Position numbers and translations under genes: made by a program. Below are positions 1 to 64,000 of a stretch of DNA of 64,000 bases, one piece after another (position 1 is the first letter of the stretch; each line of letters begins with the position of its first letter). Below the pieces are notes generated by a model that saw only the letters and a list, made by a program, of their open reading frames with translations, searched no databases and was not told the origin of the DNA. The stretch lies in NCBI RefSeq assembly GCF_009914755.1, contig NC_060927.1; one strand, written 5' to 3'. The stretch comes from the human T2T-CHM13v2.0 reference genome, Homo sapiens.

Positions 1-24
1 ATTGTTCCTAACTATAAGAGACAG

Positions 25-498
25 ACTGATGGTCCCCAAAAAACTCTACAGAACATGTGAATATGTCATGTTTATCACAAAAAGGAATTTAGGTTATAGA
101 TGGAATTAAGGTTCCTAATCAGCTGATGTTAAAATAGGGAGATTATTCTGGATTGTCCTATATGTCCACTGTAATCATGAGTCTTTAAAGTGAAAGAGAG
201 AGGGAGAAGAGGTCACAGTGATTGGATGTGAGGACTTTATCCCCTGTTGAAGCCTTGAAGGTGGAGAAAAAGGGTATGGCCAAGGAATGCAGGCGACCTC
301 TCAGAACTAGAAAGGGCAAGGAATTAGATTCTCTCCTAGAGCTTCCCTGTTGATAACTCTTTTTTGGCCACACCTCATTTTTATCCCAGTGAGACTTGTG
401 TTGGAATGCTAACCTACAGAACTATAAAATAAAAAATTCACGTTGTTTTAAGCCACTAAGTCTGTGGCAACTGACAAGAGCCATAGAAAACTAATACA
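25..498 (+). mobile_element. MaLR solo LTR (MLT1D/E-like)
   Basis: Typical MLT1 blocks: GCCAAGGAATGCAGGCG...CTAGAAAGGGCAAGGAA...GATTCTCTCCTAGAGC, ending TTGTTTTAAGCCACTAAGT...AAACTAATACA. Confidence 0.8.
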
Positions 499-984
499 CT
501 CACAAAGCATTGGCAGCTGCTCAATAGAAAATATTTCTCCATGGAATAACTTTTAAAATCTGCATTTTTTCCTTTTTAAATACTACCTTAAGATAGTTAA
601 GACCTTAAGAAAGTGTTTATCTTTTGCTAGGAAACAGATTCCAGTTAGTATTAATTTATTACACTTTCCAAAAACAGACACAAGTTCGTACCCAAGTTCA
701 CCAATTGAAGGAGTGACCAGGAGGAAGGTTCAGAGGATGTCCCTGACATACTTCATCAGAATGTCCTTGGGGCAGCCAGAGGAGAAGCAGACTTTTGATG
801 TGTGTCTGCAATTCTCTGTATGTCAGATAAAATCATTTCAAGGTTTAACTGTGGATAATAGAAATTTCTGCAAAGTGGCCTCTGTCTGTAATATTCACTG
901 TACTGTGATCAAGGATACTAATGATCATAAACTTTTCTCTCTTCCAAGCATACTTTTCACTCAAAGTAGAAAGGGAAGTGAAGT

Positions 985-1013
985 CACACACACATACACA
1001 CACACACACACAC
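985..1013. repeat. (CA)n microsatellite
   Basis: About 14 CA units with one TA interruption. Confidence 0.95.
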
Positions 1014-1745
1014 CTTCAGACTGGCCTCATAATAGAAACTATCACCTGGACAATTCATTTCTCTAAATAGTAGGCCTCAAAGATTTCTGTTACCACTTTT
1101 CATATTACCTTGCTACAGAACTATTATTAGATTACTTAACCCACCCAAAAGACAAGCAAATAGAAACTAGTTTTTTAAACCCATTCTTCTTTTACCAAGT
1201 AAATCTTCAGCTTGTTAATATTTCTGAATTTCCAGACAAGATATTTTTCTCAGAACCTAGAGACAGGTCCAAAGTGACAACTCCTCCCATTTACCCAGGA
1301 CTGAGTAGCTTCCTGAAACGCAAGACTTTTAGTTCTAAATTCAGAAAAGTCCTGAGGAAGAAAGACCAAAGATAGATAGGTTTTGAGTACATAGTGTTGT
1401 GTGGAAGCCCAAGGCCCTGACCCAAAATGTCCCAGGTACCAGGAGCAACCATTTTCCAAGTTTAAGGTTCACAGATAGTCAAATACCTGAGGTTTGGGCT
1501 GTGGAAGATCCTACCTTGCTTGCATTCTCCAGTATCCTTCTTAGTGACTTACTCACTCTTTATGGTCAGTAACAGAATCTCTCTGGAGCAGCTGAAGGTC
1601 ATCAGGAAGAACCAGAGGACAACATGAGAATTTATGGAGAGTGCAATGTGCCATCTACTAAAGCAGTGGCTCTGGGGTTTTATGTGTGTTCACTGGAGAA
1701 AAATACACTTATGTTCATAGGAACACCCACTTTGGTTCGTTGCAG

Positions 1746-20752
<19,007 letters not shown>

Positions 20753-20908
20753 TTGAGAAAGCTGATGGCCTTGTTTCAAAATTCTCATTTTTCATTTCTT
20801 TTCTTTCTTGAATTCTTATTTTGGTTTGCCTGGATGTTTTGCAGATCCCAATCTTTCTTTTAAGCTTCTGGGTCTATTAAACTAGGTAGATCTTTTCGTA
20901 TTGATCAT

Positions 20909-20914
20909 AATAAA
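20909..20914 (+). terminator. CPB1: CPB1 polyadenylation signal AATAAA
   Basis: First AATAAA, about 157 nt after the stop; a variant ATTAAA lies at 20876-20881. Confidence 0.8.
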
Positions 20915-21189
20915 AGTGAATCATTACTATTGGAAAACTTGACATATGGTCTACTTCTTTGGGGAAACACTGATGTGAATGAATGACTAAGCAAGCCGTG
21001 CACAGTGAGGATCCGGTCAGCTGTATAGGAGTTAACATCCTGGGGTGCTGGCTGAGACCATCAGGGTGTAGATGCACTGATTATAGTGGGAGGCTTGTGA
21101 GCTAAGAAGAAATGTAAAGGGAAATTTAGGACTGTTAAACCTGGCATACATGAAAAGACACCATCTTTCTTGGTCTAGCTTTCATCTCA

Positions 21190-21900
21190 GCTCATTAAAG
21201 TTATTTTATCGGCTGTCTACTACATGCCATGCACTTTGCTAAGCAATTGAAGATGGAACAATGAAAAAGAAAGATAACATTTCTGCCCTTAATGGGTGTA
21301 TAGGCCCTTTGGAAAGACAGACATTACACAAATAATTAACTCATTAATTAACAATTTATTAATTAGTAATCTAATTTACATTAATCAAATAAGTGCTGGA
21401 TGAACTACACAAAAAGAACATACAAAAAGTCTACCTGCTTGATGTACGGGAGAAGCCTCCCTCAGAAACTGCTGTAACCTGAGAAATAAGTCACAGTTAG
21501 CTAGACAAAGGGAGCACCGCTTCCAGGCCTGTGGCTATCCCAAAAGTATAAGAAGAAAGCCAGTGAGGGTGAAATTTGGAGAGCTGAGGAAAGAGGAGCA
21601 TGTGTACAGGCTGGGGAGGGTGGTAGGAACCATGTCAGGCAGAGCTTAGAGGTCACGTTAAGGACTGGGGACACTGGTCTAAGAACAATGCAAATCCATT
21701 GAAGATATTAAGTCATCAATGACATGGTTACAGTGTTTTTGGAACACCAACTAGGCTAGGGTGTGGAAAGCAGATCAGAAGTGAGACAAGAGGATACCAG
21801 GGACCCTGACTGGACCACTTGGACCAATGAAAGTGGCAAAAATCACTCCAGAACTTGATGTTTTCCGGGATTGGAATTGGACATGCTGTGTTGGGAAGTA
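21190..21900 (-). mobile_element. L2 fragment downstream of the CPB1 poly(A) site
   Basis: CTACTACATGCCATGCACTTTGCTAAGC...TTTCTGCCCTTAATGG...TAAGGACTGGGGAC...AAGAACAATG-type blocks. Confidence 0.5.
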
Positions 21901-24339
21901 TTGTGCCAAGTTCAAATTTTAAAATAGAATGAGATGTATTAAAGTTACGATTTGGGGGCATCTCTTACTTAAAAATGATAGACTATTAACTCATTACTTT
22001 CTATAGACTTTCTGTAGTCTACTTTCATAGACTCTTAACTTATTACTTTCTATATGGCTTCAAGAAAAATGAGACTCCATATAGGGAGGGCATGATGTGC
22101 TAAAATATCTATAACAGTGTTCTATTCATAAAGAGAATCCATTGAAGTAACAACGGTTTGTGAAAGTTGTCAAGCCAAAGAATAATTAATTGCATTAATT
22201 GTCCACTAGGTGGTAGCAGTGCAGCTGCTACAATGTGTCACACACTCATCTTCAAACTCATTTAGTAATACATCATTTAAATAGACAGAGAACCATATGT
22301 GAAAAAAAAAAATCCCATTAATTTGTCAGCAACATTGGTGGTAATTTAAAAATAGATGTAATTTAGCTAAATATTCTTCCTCCTACTCTTTAAGTTATAT
22401 CCACTTTGTGTATTGGAGGGCTAACATAGCCATAGTTACCTGAGTGAGGTAATCTTGCTGGAGGTGTATCATTAAACTCCTGTTCCACAGGATACTCCCT
22501 TGCTATCTCTGGCAAGTAACACCAACCCCTGACTAAGGGAAGCTGTGGCCCAAAGTATGGAAATCTTGGCAAACCACAAAGAACTCTCCTAATTCCCTAA
22601 ATTGAATGCTTTAAAATAGAAATTAGGAATAATATATGTGGACTGCTTTTTTAAAATTCCAAGGAATTTTTAAGGGTAAGAACAAAGAATAGGAAAGCAA
22701 ATATGCAAATATTCTTATTTGAAATCCCATGTATCTGAGATGTCCTGCACCTGAGAAATTTTTACTATGACCACTGTCTACTGAAAGTTAACAGGAAGCT
22801 GGGTAGAATTTCCACTTGCCTGGGCAAAACCAAGAAAAACAGAAAGAGAAATCTGCCTTAGTCTTCACTGTAGTAGTATCTGACCAGCTAATCAGAGACT
22901 GCTGTGAGTCCACCCAGCCTTGCCCACCTGAGAGCCCCAGGTTGGGGGGATACCTCTTCTTCTCCCTCTTTTATCCCACTCCCACCCTGAGATCCCAGAG
23001 CAGGCTCTGAGCCTTTCCTTCAGCTCCAAGCTCTCAGCTCCCAAAGCAACAGTGAACCAACAGCACAAGAGTAGCCCCTGAATCTTTCTTTCTCAAGTGG
23101 TGTGGGTAGAAAATAGCAAGACTGATTTTCTCATCTGGATTATGGAATTCCTACATACCTAGAATCATATGCCATTTGTTCATCTTATTCTGCAAGCTGA
23201 CCTATATGAATTGGTCAAAGAGAGAATTTCTAGAAGGAAAAGAAGGCAGACCATAGCAAGTTAACATGTTAATTTGGGGGCAAAAAGGGTTCTGCTGAGT
23301 GATAATGATTAAAAATATATAGAGAAAAGCATAGCTAAACTATATGGTGATATTTTAAATCATGGCTAGACGTGCACTACTACAAATACCATAGAAAGTG
23401 CAGAGCTCAAGAAAGATGGAAAATTATGGCTGCATGAAGTATTCACCTCTAAGTCACTTTTTAAAGAGGTTGATTTAATCTGTGAAACATCACAGTCTTA
23501 CATAGTCAATCCTAAAATGATACGGGGTTTGACAATTATTCATCCTACCCACACATATGCCAAGACCTTTTATAAATCTTGATGCAGTAATATAAGGCAG
23601 CACTGATCTATGCTTGCCAAGAAATAGCGCTTGTTCTGAGAAAAAGCTCTAGAACATTATTGAAATCCATCTATTGTATTTTTCTTCAGAGGCTAAATAG
23701 ATTGGAGAGGCAGTGGGAGTCTCAAACACATCACATGTTTATATCATATTCCAGAAAGAAGAAATTGCCAATATGTAATCTATTAAGAAGCCAAAGATGT
23801 ACTTTTATTTATTAACAAAGTCTTATCCTGAGAAATACCAAGGTCCTCAAAGCACTCACCTAGATTCCCCAAATAAAATAAAAGTGTTCTTCCTACTTGA
23901 CCTGAAAAACAGACATAGAAGCTTTCTCCACACAATTTTAAAACCAGTCACAGAGGAAACAGCTTCAAGAAAATATAACAGAATTCTAAAATTAAGAGGA
24001 TTTCTATTTTTCCTCTTTCACCTTTCCTGTATTTTCCAGAATCATTTTCAATGGGCATTTATAATTTTTAGAATCAGAAAATAAAACTCTAAAAAGCAAA
24101 GCTATAACATTAAAAAAAATTCTTGAAGTAGTCCACATGAAAACAAATACAGAGACATATTTTATCCCTAAAGGTCACGGCCACCACTTTAATCTACCAC
24201 ATGATCTATTTTGATACCGGTTCTGCAGGCTGGCAGTGGCCCACTGGAAGTCTCTGTTGACAGCACATGAACATTTTATCAACTGTCTAGAGAGCATGGA
24301 CGTGTTTTTTAGCACCTACCACGAAGTCCCTAACATATC

Positions 24340-24510
24340 CTGTCTCACTAAGCCTCACAGCCACTTGTTAGAGTCACATTAGCATTCCCATTTTACAAAT
24401 GAGGAAACCAAGGCCCAGAATAACTAGGCAGCCTGCTCAAGGGGATGTAGCTAGCGTGTGGGAGCCACATTGAAGTGATGTCTGTCGAAACCCAAAGTCA
24501 AGGTCTTTCT
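24340..24510 (-). mobile_element. MIR
   Basis: CCCATTTTACAAATGAGGAAACCAAGGCCCAGA core. Confidence 0.7.
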
Positions 24511-25366
24511 TTTTCACTGTTCCCTGGTCAAAAGTATCTTTAGTCAAAAGCAATGGAGCAAGCATTTGCTTTGGGAGTTCTCAGTGCTGGTGAGCTTGCC
24601 CAGTGTCAAGAACATGAAGGCATTTGTAAAACCCTCCTCTTCCTTACCTGCAAGGCTGGAGCCGGAAAATCCATTTGGGGAAATAAAAAAAAGTCCCGAG
24701 TTCTACCACACACCCATCAGATAGAGAAGAATGGAATTACTGCTGCTGTATATATAACAGGGGCGTGTCTCCAACCACACTATTTTGATAGTACATAAGC
24801 GTGACTCTGAGAAGTTTTATCTACAGTCAGCTATACGTTTGTCAATGTGAAGAGGTGGTTTTCAAAAAGGAAATTCTAATAAGTTAACTGATTAGATAAA
24901 TTCACTTACTCTTTTAGGTTACCTATGATTCTAGGTAAAGGTGTTATTCTCCCATAATTAACCAAGTTGTGTTCAAGACTAAACATCCCTCCAGAGATGG
25001 TTGTGAATGGTCTATAGGTGGCTTTCATTAATTCAACTCTCAAAAGGCATTATTTGGCAATTACAGCATCCAGGCTCTGAAGACAGTGTCCAATTAATAA
25101 ACATTACAGCATTGATATTTTCTTGCTGTCAGGTAGTTCTCAAGTTGCCTTAGAAATAGGGGTCACCTCTGAGGACAGAGAGAAGAGAAGGGCAAAGAGT
25201 TAGGGCAGTGCTTTAGGTCTTTAGTGTTTATTTCTTTACCCAGAGAAGTACAGGAAAAATATAACAAAAATGTTATCATTGTAAAATCTAAATGGTGAAC
25301 ATTTCAATGTTCGCCATAGTACTTACAGCATTTTTAGTACATTTATATTTTGTAATTTAAATTTTT

Positions 25367-25564
<198 letters not shown>

Positions 25565-25724
25565 TAAATGTTTTTAATTTCACAACTTACATTCTAGCTT
25601 CAAAAATATATTTTACATTATTACGAACCACTCACCAAGATTTTATGGCCAGATACCCAAATTCATCTCAGTCTCCAAGTGCAAATTTTAAAACTAATTT
25701 CTTCCATCATTCAATTCAAGCAGA

Positions 25725-25860
25725 ATGGTAGAGTAGTATTTTAGAACAGATAGAACTAGTAAATCCCAGCTCTGTGAACATACTTTCTCTGTTACCTTGG
25801 CCAAGTTATTTGCTAAAGGCATTTGCTTCCCATCCTGTATCTGTAAAATGGGTATTTCCT
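25725..25860 (+). mobile_element. MIR next to the CPA3 promoter
   Basis: AAATCCCAGCTCTG...TGTTACCTTGGCCAAGTTA...ATCTGTAAAATGGG. Confidence 0.65.
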
Positions 25861-25978
25861 ATTGCAAAAGGTAGATAAGTAGCATGTGCTTGGTGGGTTA
25901 GTGTTTTTCCCTCTCCAGCTGGAAAAAAAAAACCTGGTGTGGGGGAAGAAGGGGAACAGTTTGTGCAACAGAACCCTA

Positions 25979-26057
25979 AGAGGAAATCAGCTGCTCATCA
26001 AGATAAGGGCTGAGGCATAAAACTGCCAGAGGGTCTCAAGGCAGGCAAAGAAGAACC
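25979..26057 (+). promoter_or_regulatory. CPA3: CPA3 proximal promoter/5' UTR: ETS (AGAGGAAAT 25979-25987), E-box (CAGCTG 25988-25993), GATA (AGATAA 26001-26006), TATA-like (CATAAAA 26016-26022)
   Basis: Motifs read directly upstream of the ATG at 26058 (context ACCATGA). GATA-dependence of the mast cell CPA promoter is established. Confidence 0.8.
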
Positions 26058-57469
<31,412 letters not shown>

Positions 57470-57818
57470 AGAACTGCCCTCTGTTTGGAATAAGCCAATT
57501 AATCCTTTTTTGTGCCTTTCATCAGAAAGTCAATCTTCAGTTATCCCCAAATGCAGCTTCTATTTCACCTGAATCCTTCTCTTGCTCATTTAAGTCCCAT
57601 GTTACTGCTGTTTGCTTTTACTTACTTTCAGTAGCACCATAACGAAGTAGCTTTAAGTGAAACCTTTTAACTACCTTTCTTTGCTCCAAGTGAAGTTTGG
57701 ACCCAGCAGAAAGCATTATTTTGAAAGGTGATATACAGTGGGGCACAGAAAACAAATGAAAACCCTCAGTTTCTCACAGATTTTCACCATGTGGCTTCAT
57801 CAATTTATGTGCTAATAC

Positions 57819-57829
57819 AATAAAATAAA
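57819..57829 (+). terminator. CPA3: CPA3 polyadenylation signal (overlapping AATAAA pair)
   Basis: AATAAAATAAA about 350 nt after the stop; a further AATAAA at 58042-58047. Confidence 0.75.
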
Positions 57830-59445
57830 ATGCACTTAATGCTTTAAAATTCATCTTTTTATGATAAACAATATTCTCTGTATTTCTCTATAGCATTAAT
57901 AATCAATATTAATGCCATTCATTCAGTCTGTTAATAAGAAATAATATCTTCAATTTTCAAAAACATAATTTGCCTATCTTTTTCTGATAGAAGTAGACAT
58001 TGTTTATATCTTCAAAAAAGCAAAAGGATGTCCTAGCAGGAAATAAAGTGGTTCATATAGAGATGAATCTCAGTCCTTTAAATAACCGATCCAGTTCTCA
58101 TCAGCATAATGTACATTAAATTCAAAATAGTTTAATTTAACCTGCCATAATCAGAAGAAACCACCTGCTAAAACATCTGTTTGCCGGTACAGACACAGAC
58201 AAGACAGTCTGGTCAGCTGTGACCCCTGCCCTCCTAATGGATAGAAAGGAAACCTGGAAACATACTGTAAGTTGAGGACGGAAAGTCATGTTGACCAAAG
58301 GCAATCAGGGTAACTTGCTGCATTTGTACCATTTATACTCCTATTATTTAAGATAGTATTATTGGATAGCTTCTCCCCAACACCAATACCTCAATGTGTG
58401 ATCAAGTGGCAACAGTGGCAGTGTCTACATTCCCAGAATCCAGACACAGATGCCCACCACAGGACTGACTATAATTTGAGGGACAAGTAGAGAGTTCCTT
58501 GACTTCCAGTAAACTTACTTCTCAGAACACCCCAGACAGTTTTCAACGACTGGGAAAGGTCCTGAGAAGTCAAGTCAATAAACAATCTGGGACATGCCCC
58601 ATGAATCCTTTAGGGACACATAAAAGAAAGGATGGCATCAAAGCTACAAGATGATGGTGTGTTCTGATAATCATGAGGTAGATAAAAGTTTCCCATGCAA
58701 AATTGTCCAGGAAAAGCAAATGTAAACTAACAAAATTGCTTTACAAGGGGAGAAGGGGAAGGTGACAGAGTCAAGAAAGTAAAAGAGAAAAATGTGGCTA
58801 TGAGATTATATTGTCTGATTAAAAATATGGTATCTATGTCTAAATATTTAGCATTCCAAACTAGCTTCAGAACGTGGGAATGTAAATTTGTTTCATTATA
58901 CATGCCATATTGGCATTATATACTCATTCACACTTACTCAAATGAGAAAGGACTGAAATATATTCTAACCCTAAAATTCATATAAATACCTCTAATTCCA
59001 TTGAGCCTTTAGATGGAGGAGATAAAAGAGATAATCCCAATTGCAGAATATTGTCCCATGTCCATCCATTATTCAGTTTATAAAGACACAAAAGTTGAAC
59101 ACACTATTTGAATTATTATGCAGCTTAATATTTTTTCTCAATCAGAAAAAAAATTAGCCTGAGTGGCTAAAAATAAAAAATCCTAACAAGATCTCATCCT
59201 AATTAAATAGTTTTTGAATGGCATCTGAGGGCATTTACTTCTTTGACTGCATATGAATTGTGAAAATAAATATGTGAAGACAAATATCTACATTAAAGTT
59301 AAAAAACTAAAATTTTACCTTATTTATGAGAAAGTTTGAGTGGCAAGTGCTGTGATTCTTCCCTTTTCATTTCTCATCTATCAGTAAAAGGGCTTTGTAC
59401 CCAAGTTACAAGTTGTGCTATCACATAACAATATTCTTGACAGAG

Positions 59446-59845
<400 letters not shown>

Positions 59846-61053
59846 ATCATTCATTTTCCAATTTTCTTACTATAAAACTCACTCAAGAGGCATTGTTTCA
59901 TATTTTGAAAATGTGTTCTTTTATGGCAATATCTAATTGTTGAGGTGCACATCTGAGATGTACATCTCTATTATGAAAAAATGAAACATCTTATTTTTAC
60001 TTATGCAAATAAATGTTTCCAGTAAGTGTTATGACTCCACACTGATCTTTAAATGTCATATCAGAGGTCCCTTCCCCACATTTGACACAATGGATATGTT
60101 CTTTGACCACAGAAGTGCTCATTGGCTAAGTGAACATTAGGCTTACTGACAAGAGTATCTGTTTCTCATTTAACACAAACATCTATGCCTGATTTTCTTT
60201 AGATGAAAAAATAAAGAAGTAACCCCCAAAGAAACTTAGAACATGTCACTGCAAAGACACAAATTTTCTCTGTCCTCATGTTCTCTCCTAGCCTCCTTAT
60301 CTCAAAAAAAAAAAAAAAGTTTAAATTATTTTGACCTTTCCAAAGGGACGGATGTTGTGCTTTTCTGGACACGGGAAAAGGTCAAGGACAGAGAACTCTT
60401 CTTGGCCCCACCATGTGGTTCCCAGTGCATAAACTAACCTTTTATCTTTAATATAGAAAATGGAAATGGGAGGTTTTCTAAAAGAGAATATGCATTGGTC
60501 CCCCAAATCTACAGTGAAGTATTGCAGTATTAAGTTAATGTTAAATTTCCCAGGATATAAATCATACAAAGCAGCAGCAGCAAGGAACCTTACTTAAATA
60601 CTCATTTATTTGAGCATCTAAAAGACGCAATGGAGTCTAGAAACTGTTCCTGACCATTGACCCTCAGAGACTGCATAGTGTTCTCTAAAATCTCTCCTCT
60701 TTTCCTTGCCCTCTTTCTTCATTCTATTCTCCCTTATAATAGGTCTCCCAGTTTTGAAGCAGGCACATGGCCATACAAATAAAGGTTCTATTTCCAAACT
60801 CCTTGCAAACAGAATCGTAGGATTGACTACTCAAATTTTCTCATAAGTAAAATAAAGTTTTAGTGTTTTAACTTTAATATAGATACTAGTCTTCACATAT
60901 TTATTTTCACAATTCATATGAAGTCAAAGAAGGAAAATACTCTGGGATGCCATTCACAAACTATTCAGTTAGAATGAGGAATGGTCTTGTTAGGATTTTT
61001 TATTTTTAGTTACTCAGGTAATGTTTTTTCTCTGATTGTAAAAAGAAATATTA

Positions 61054-61372
<319 letters not shown>

Positions 61373-61554
61373 TCAAGTAAAATGGTGTAAAGCTTTTGTA
61401 CCTTTTATAAACTAAATAATGGATGCACACAGGACAATATTCAATAATTGGACTATTCTGGTCTATGAGTTGTAAGAAGCAGCATCATATTGCAAAGTCC
61501 AGAAAGCTCACTTCAAAGACCTCTGGAACACTTTGGCTCTTTTTTCTCTCTCTT

Positions 61555-61812
61555 CTTTTTGGCTGCAATATAATTGTGATGGCTGACGCTGAGCAGTCAT
61601 CTTGGACCACAGATGATCTTGAAAACTGAAGCAAAGAAAATGACAAAAGGAGCCTGGGCCTTTCAGGACTTCACCAAGCAGGGATGCTAATCAAGGCTTG
61701 GACCACCTACCTTAGGATTTGAACATGAAAAAGAAATGAAGGTCCTCTTTAGTGAAACCACTGTTAATTTGGATTATTATTCTTTACAATCAAGCCTAAT
61801 CCTAACTGATGT
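61555..61812 (+). mobile_element. MaLR LTR fragment (MLT1J-like)
   Basis: GCAGTCATCTTGGACCA...AAGGAGCCTGGG...AAACCACTGTTAATTTGG...AATCCTAACTGAT; a possible 5' part lies at ~60710-60810. Confidence 0.6.
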
Positions 61813-63749
61813 AGCAAGCCAGAAACAACAGGTATAACAGTTCCAGATGTGTCACAGATGGAAATCCTTGGAGGATAATGTAGTGTTATGCAAAATCACA
61901 GAGCTAGAAATCAGGAGGTTTGGGCTTGAATCCTGACTCTGTTACTGAATGATATCTAGCAAGACACTGTCACCTTTTACCTGCCCTGCTTATCTCATAG
62001 CTTTTTATTAAAATTTGAGATAATAGATGCTCACCAAGTTAACCCACTAATTTCCACTTTGTATTTGGGACAAAGTACACTTGTCTTAAAAGGAGTTGGC
62101 TCAGGTGGTTCCTACTTGAGGTAAGTGTTGGACAGTATCAAAACAACAGGTGCAATTGCTGCTCTCAAGTGTGGTTCTTCACCAAGTTCCACTACGATGG
62201 GGTATAAAGTAATGTGTGCATGTGCATGTGTACATTTTCCTGTGTGCAAAATTTTCATCAGATTCTTACAATATGGGAGTTATGGACCCTCAAAAGTTTA
62301 AGCATAATTGAATACAAAACCAAACATAATTTGAAATCATGTTTTCACACATTAAAGTAAAAATTAATTTTAACTCTGGAATTTTTGTTTGTATAGTCAT
62401 TTGCCCCCTTTTTATTTTTGTTTCTTACTATTGATTTTTTCTTTGTTTTATGATGATCTTTTGAAAAGAATATAAAATTTCCCTTAGATGGCTGGAAAAT
62501 ATAAAACAGTTTTACTGAACAAAATCAGGAAAATTAAATATCTCAAAATTGTACGAAATGATTAAATTCTGCCAACTTATTTGTAATAATATTGTGGTCC
62601 TTACAAATGATGTAATATTTTTAACTGGGCATGCTATGATATTTTGAGGGATCCTTACATGTTTCCCTCAAAAAACATTAACCCACCGAAATGGGAAAAG
62701 CAGTATTCTATTATTAGGGAAGAACAAACTCATGGAGAATTATGTAAAGTTCAGATTACCTCTGGTTGCATAAGATGCCTCCTTTTCATTCAATTGGTGA
62801 CATACAGAAAATTATGCGTGGAACTCAAATTAAGGGAAAGAAATACATGGCCCCTTCCAAACTAGAAGATTTTATTGCATAAAACCACTTTGAAAGCTAC
62901 ATTTTCTAAATAGTTAGGCTAATATGAATACATGGCAATATTTCAAAGATTATGGCTTTACACTTCTTTCTACTCCTTTTTAACACAATTGTATTTCATG
63001 ATTAAAATGCCAAGCCATTTTTCTATAATGAGTCATAATAGCATCTTGAAAATTTCGGCAGCATATATATAGGCTACTGTCAGAATTTTCTTAGGCAAAG
63101 CTTTTGGGAGACTCTCTTGCATTTCATTGTCACAAGATCCATTATACCAGGACAGATCTCAGCCTGCCTGAGTAATATCTATCTGAGGGTTATAATTTTG
63201 TCATAAAAATTTACTCTCACATGAACTTAGCATAAAAGGTCTCCGTCCAGAAAACAGGAATTGAAATGGATATATTATCACTTAAACTGCTTTTTTGCTC
63301 ACTTATCCTTCAATTACAAGCCTCAAGTTCACTGGTGTCAAGAGAGGTTAAACCAGAAAAATGTAAAACAATTTTTGAAATATGTGAGGGAAATTTGACA
63401 CTTAACATTCCAAATGCATTATTATTGCCATGGTATCACTGAAGTGTGCTATTGCTTCATTTTACGTGGTGGATTAAAAGCTTAAAAGACTACTCATGAA
63501 ACAAAAAAAAAAGATCCATATGTACCATTTCATATATAAAACAATTTGCGAGAACTCTGATTTTTTTTCTTATTCAAAAAACCTCTAATTTCTTTTTTTT
63601 TAATCTCTACTTTGCAAAACTTAGAGAGATAATTAAATAAATTAAAAGGGCAAAGAGTGGGGAGGTGAGAAAGGCAAGTTTTGAGAATTGAAATCATACT
63701 GGCAGTAATGTGCTTATGAAAAGTAACATTTGCATAGTACTGGTAATGT

Positions 63750-63945
63750 TTTAATTGCCTTTGCATGCACATCTGCATCTGATCACAAGTCTATGAGACT
63801 AAGTTGGGGGGAGGTTATATTATCCCCTTTTATATATTAGAAACTTATGACTCAAAGTACTTCAGTGACTCACATATATAAAGTTGCAACTTGAAAACTA
63901 GATCTTCCCACTTTAAAATTTAAATTATTTCCATTACACTACACT
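63750..63945 (-). mobile_element. MIR
   Basis: TATTATCCCCTTTTATATATTAGAAACTTATGACTCA...TTCCATTACACTACACTG. Confidence 0.55.
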
Positions 63946-64000
63946 GTCCAATGGTCATCATTTCTCTATACGGCAGAGAAAGCAAGATTGTCTAATTTAT

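Overview
Human (primate) AT-rich genomic DNA carrying two tandem + strand M14A zinc metallocarboxypeptidase genes. The first is the 3' part of CPB1 (pancreatic carboxypeptidase B1; exons 4-11 at 1746-20752, with exons 1-3 upstream of the window). The second is the complete 11-exon CPA3 gene (mast cell carboxypeptidase A3; ATG 26058 to TAA 57469, spliced CDS 1254 nt = 417 aa). This matches the known CPB1-CPA3 pair on chr3q24. All exon boundaries were read from the sequence, follow GT-AG, and have identical intron phases in the two paralogs. The rest is intron and intergenic DNA filled with Alu, MIR, L2, old L1, MaLR LTR and MER DNA-transposon relics and microsatellites; repeat subfamily calls are by eye and their edges approximate. 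I see no novel gene system. The best leads, all untested: (1) a cryptic 3' splice site conserved inside the last exon of both paralogs that would create an immediate stop before the catalytic residues; (2) a cluster of NR5A2/LRH-1 motifs in CPB1 intron 9; (3) a CTCF-like site between the pancreas-specific and mast-cell-specific genes; (4) a compact ETS/E-box/GATA/TATA CPA3 promoter; (5) a MER53 hairpin with a miR-1302-like arm.
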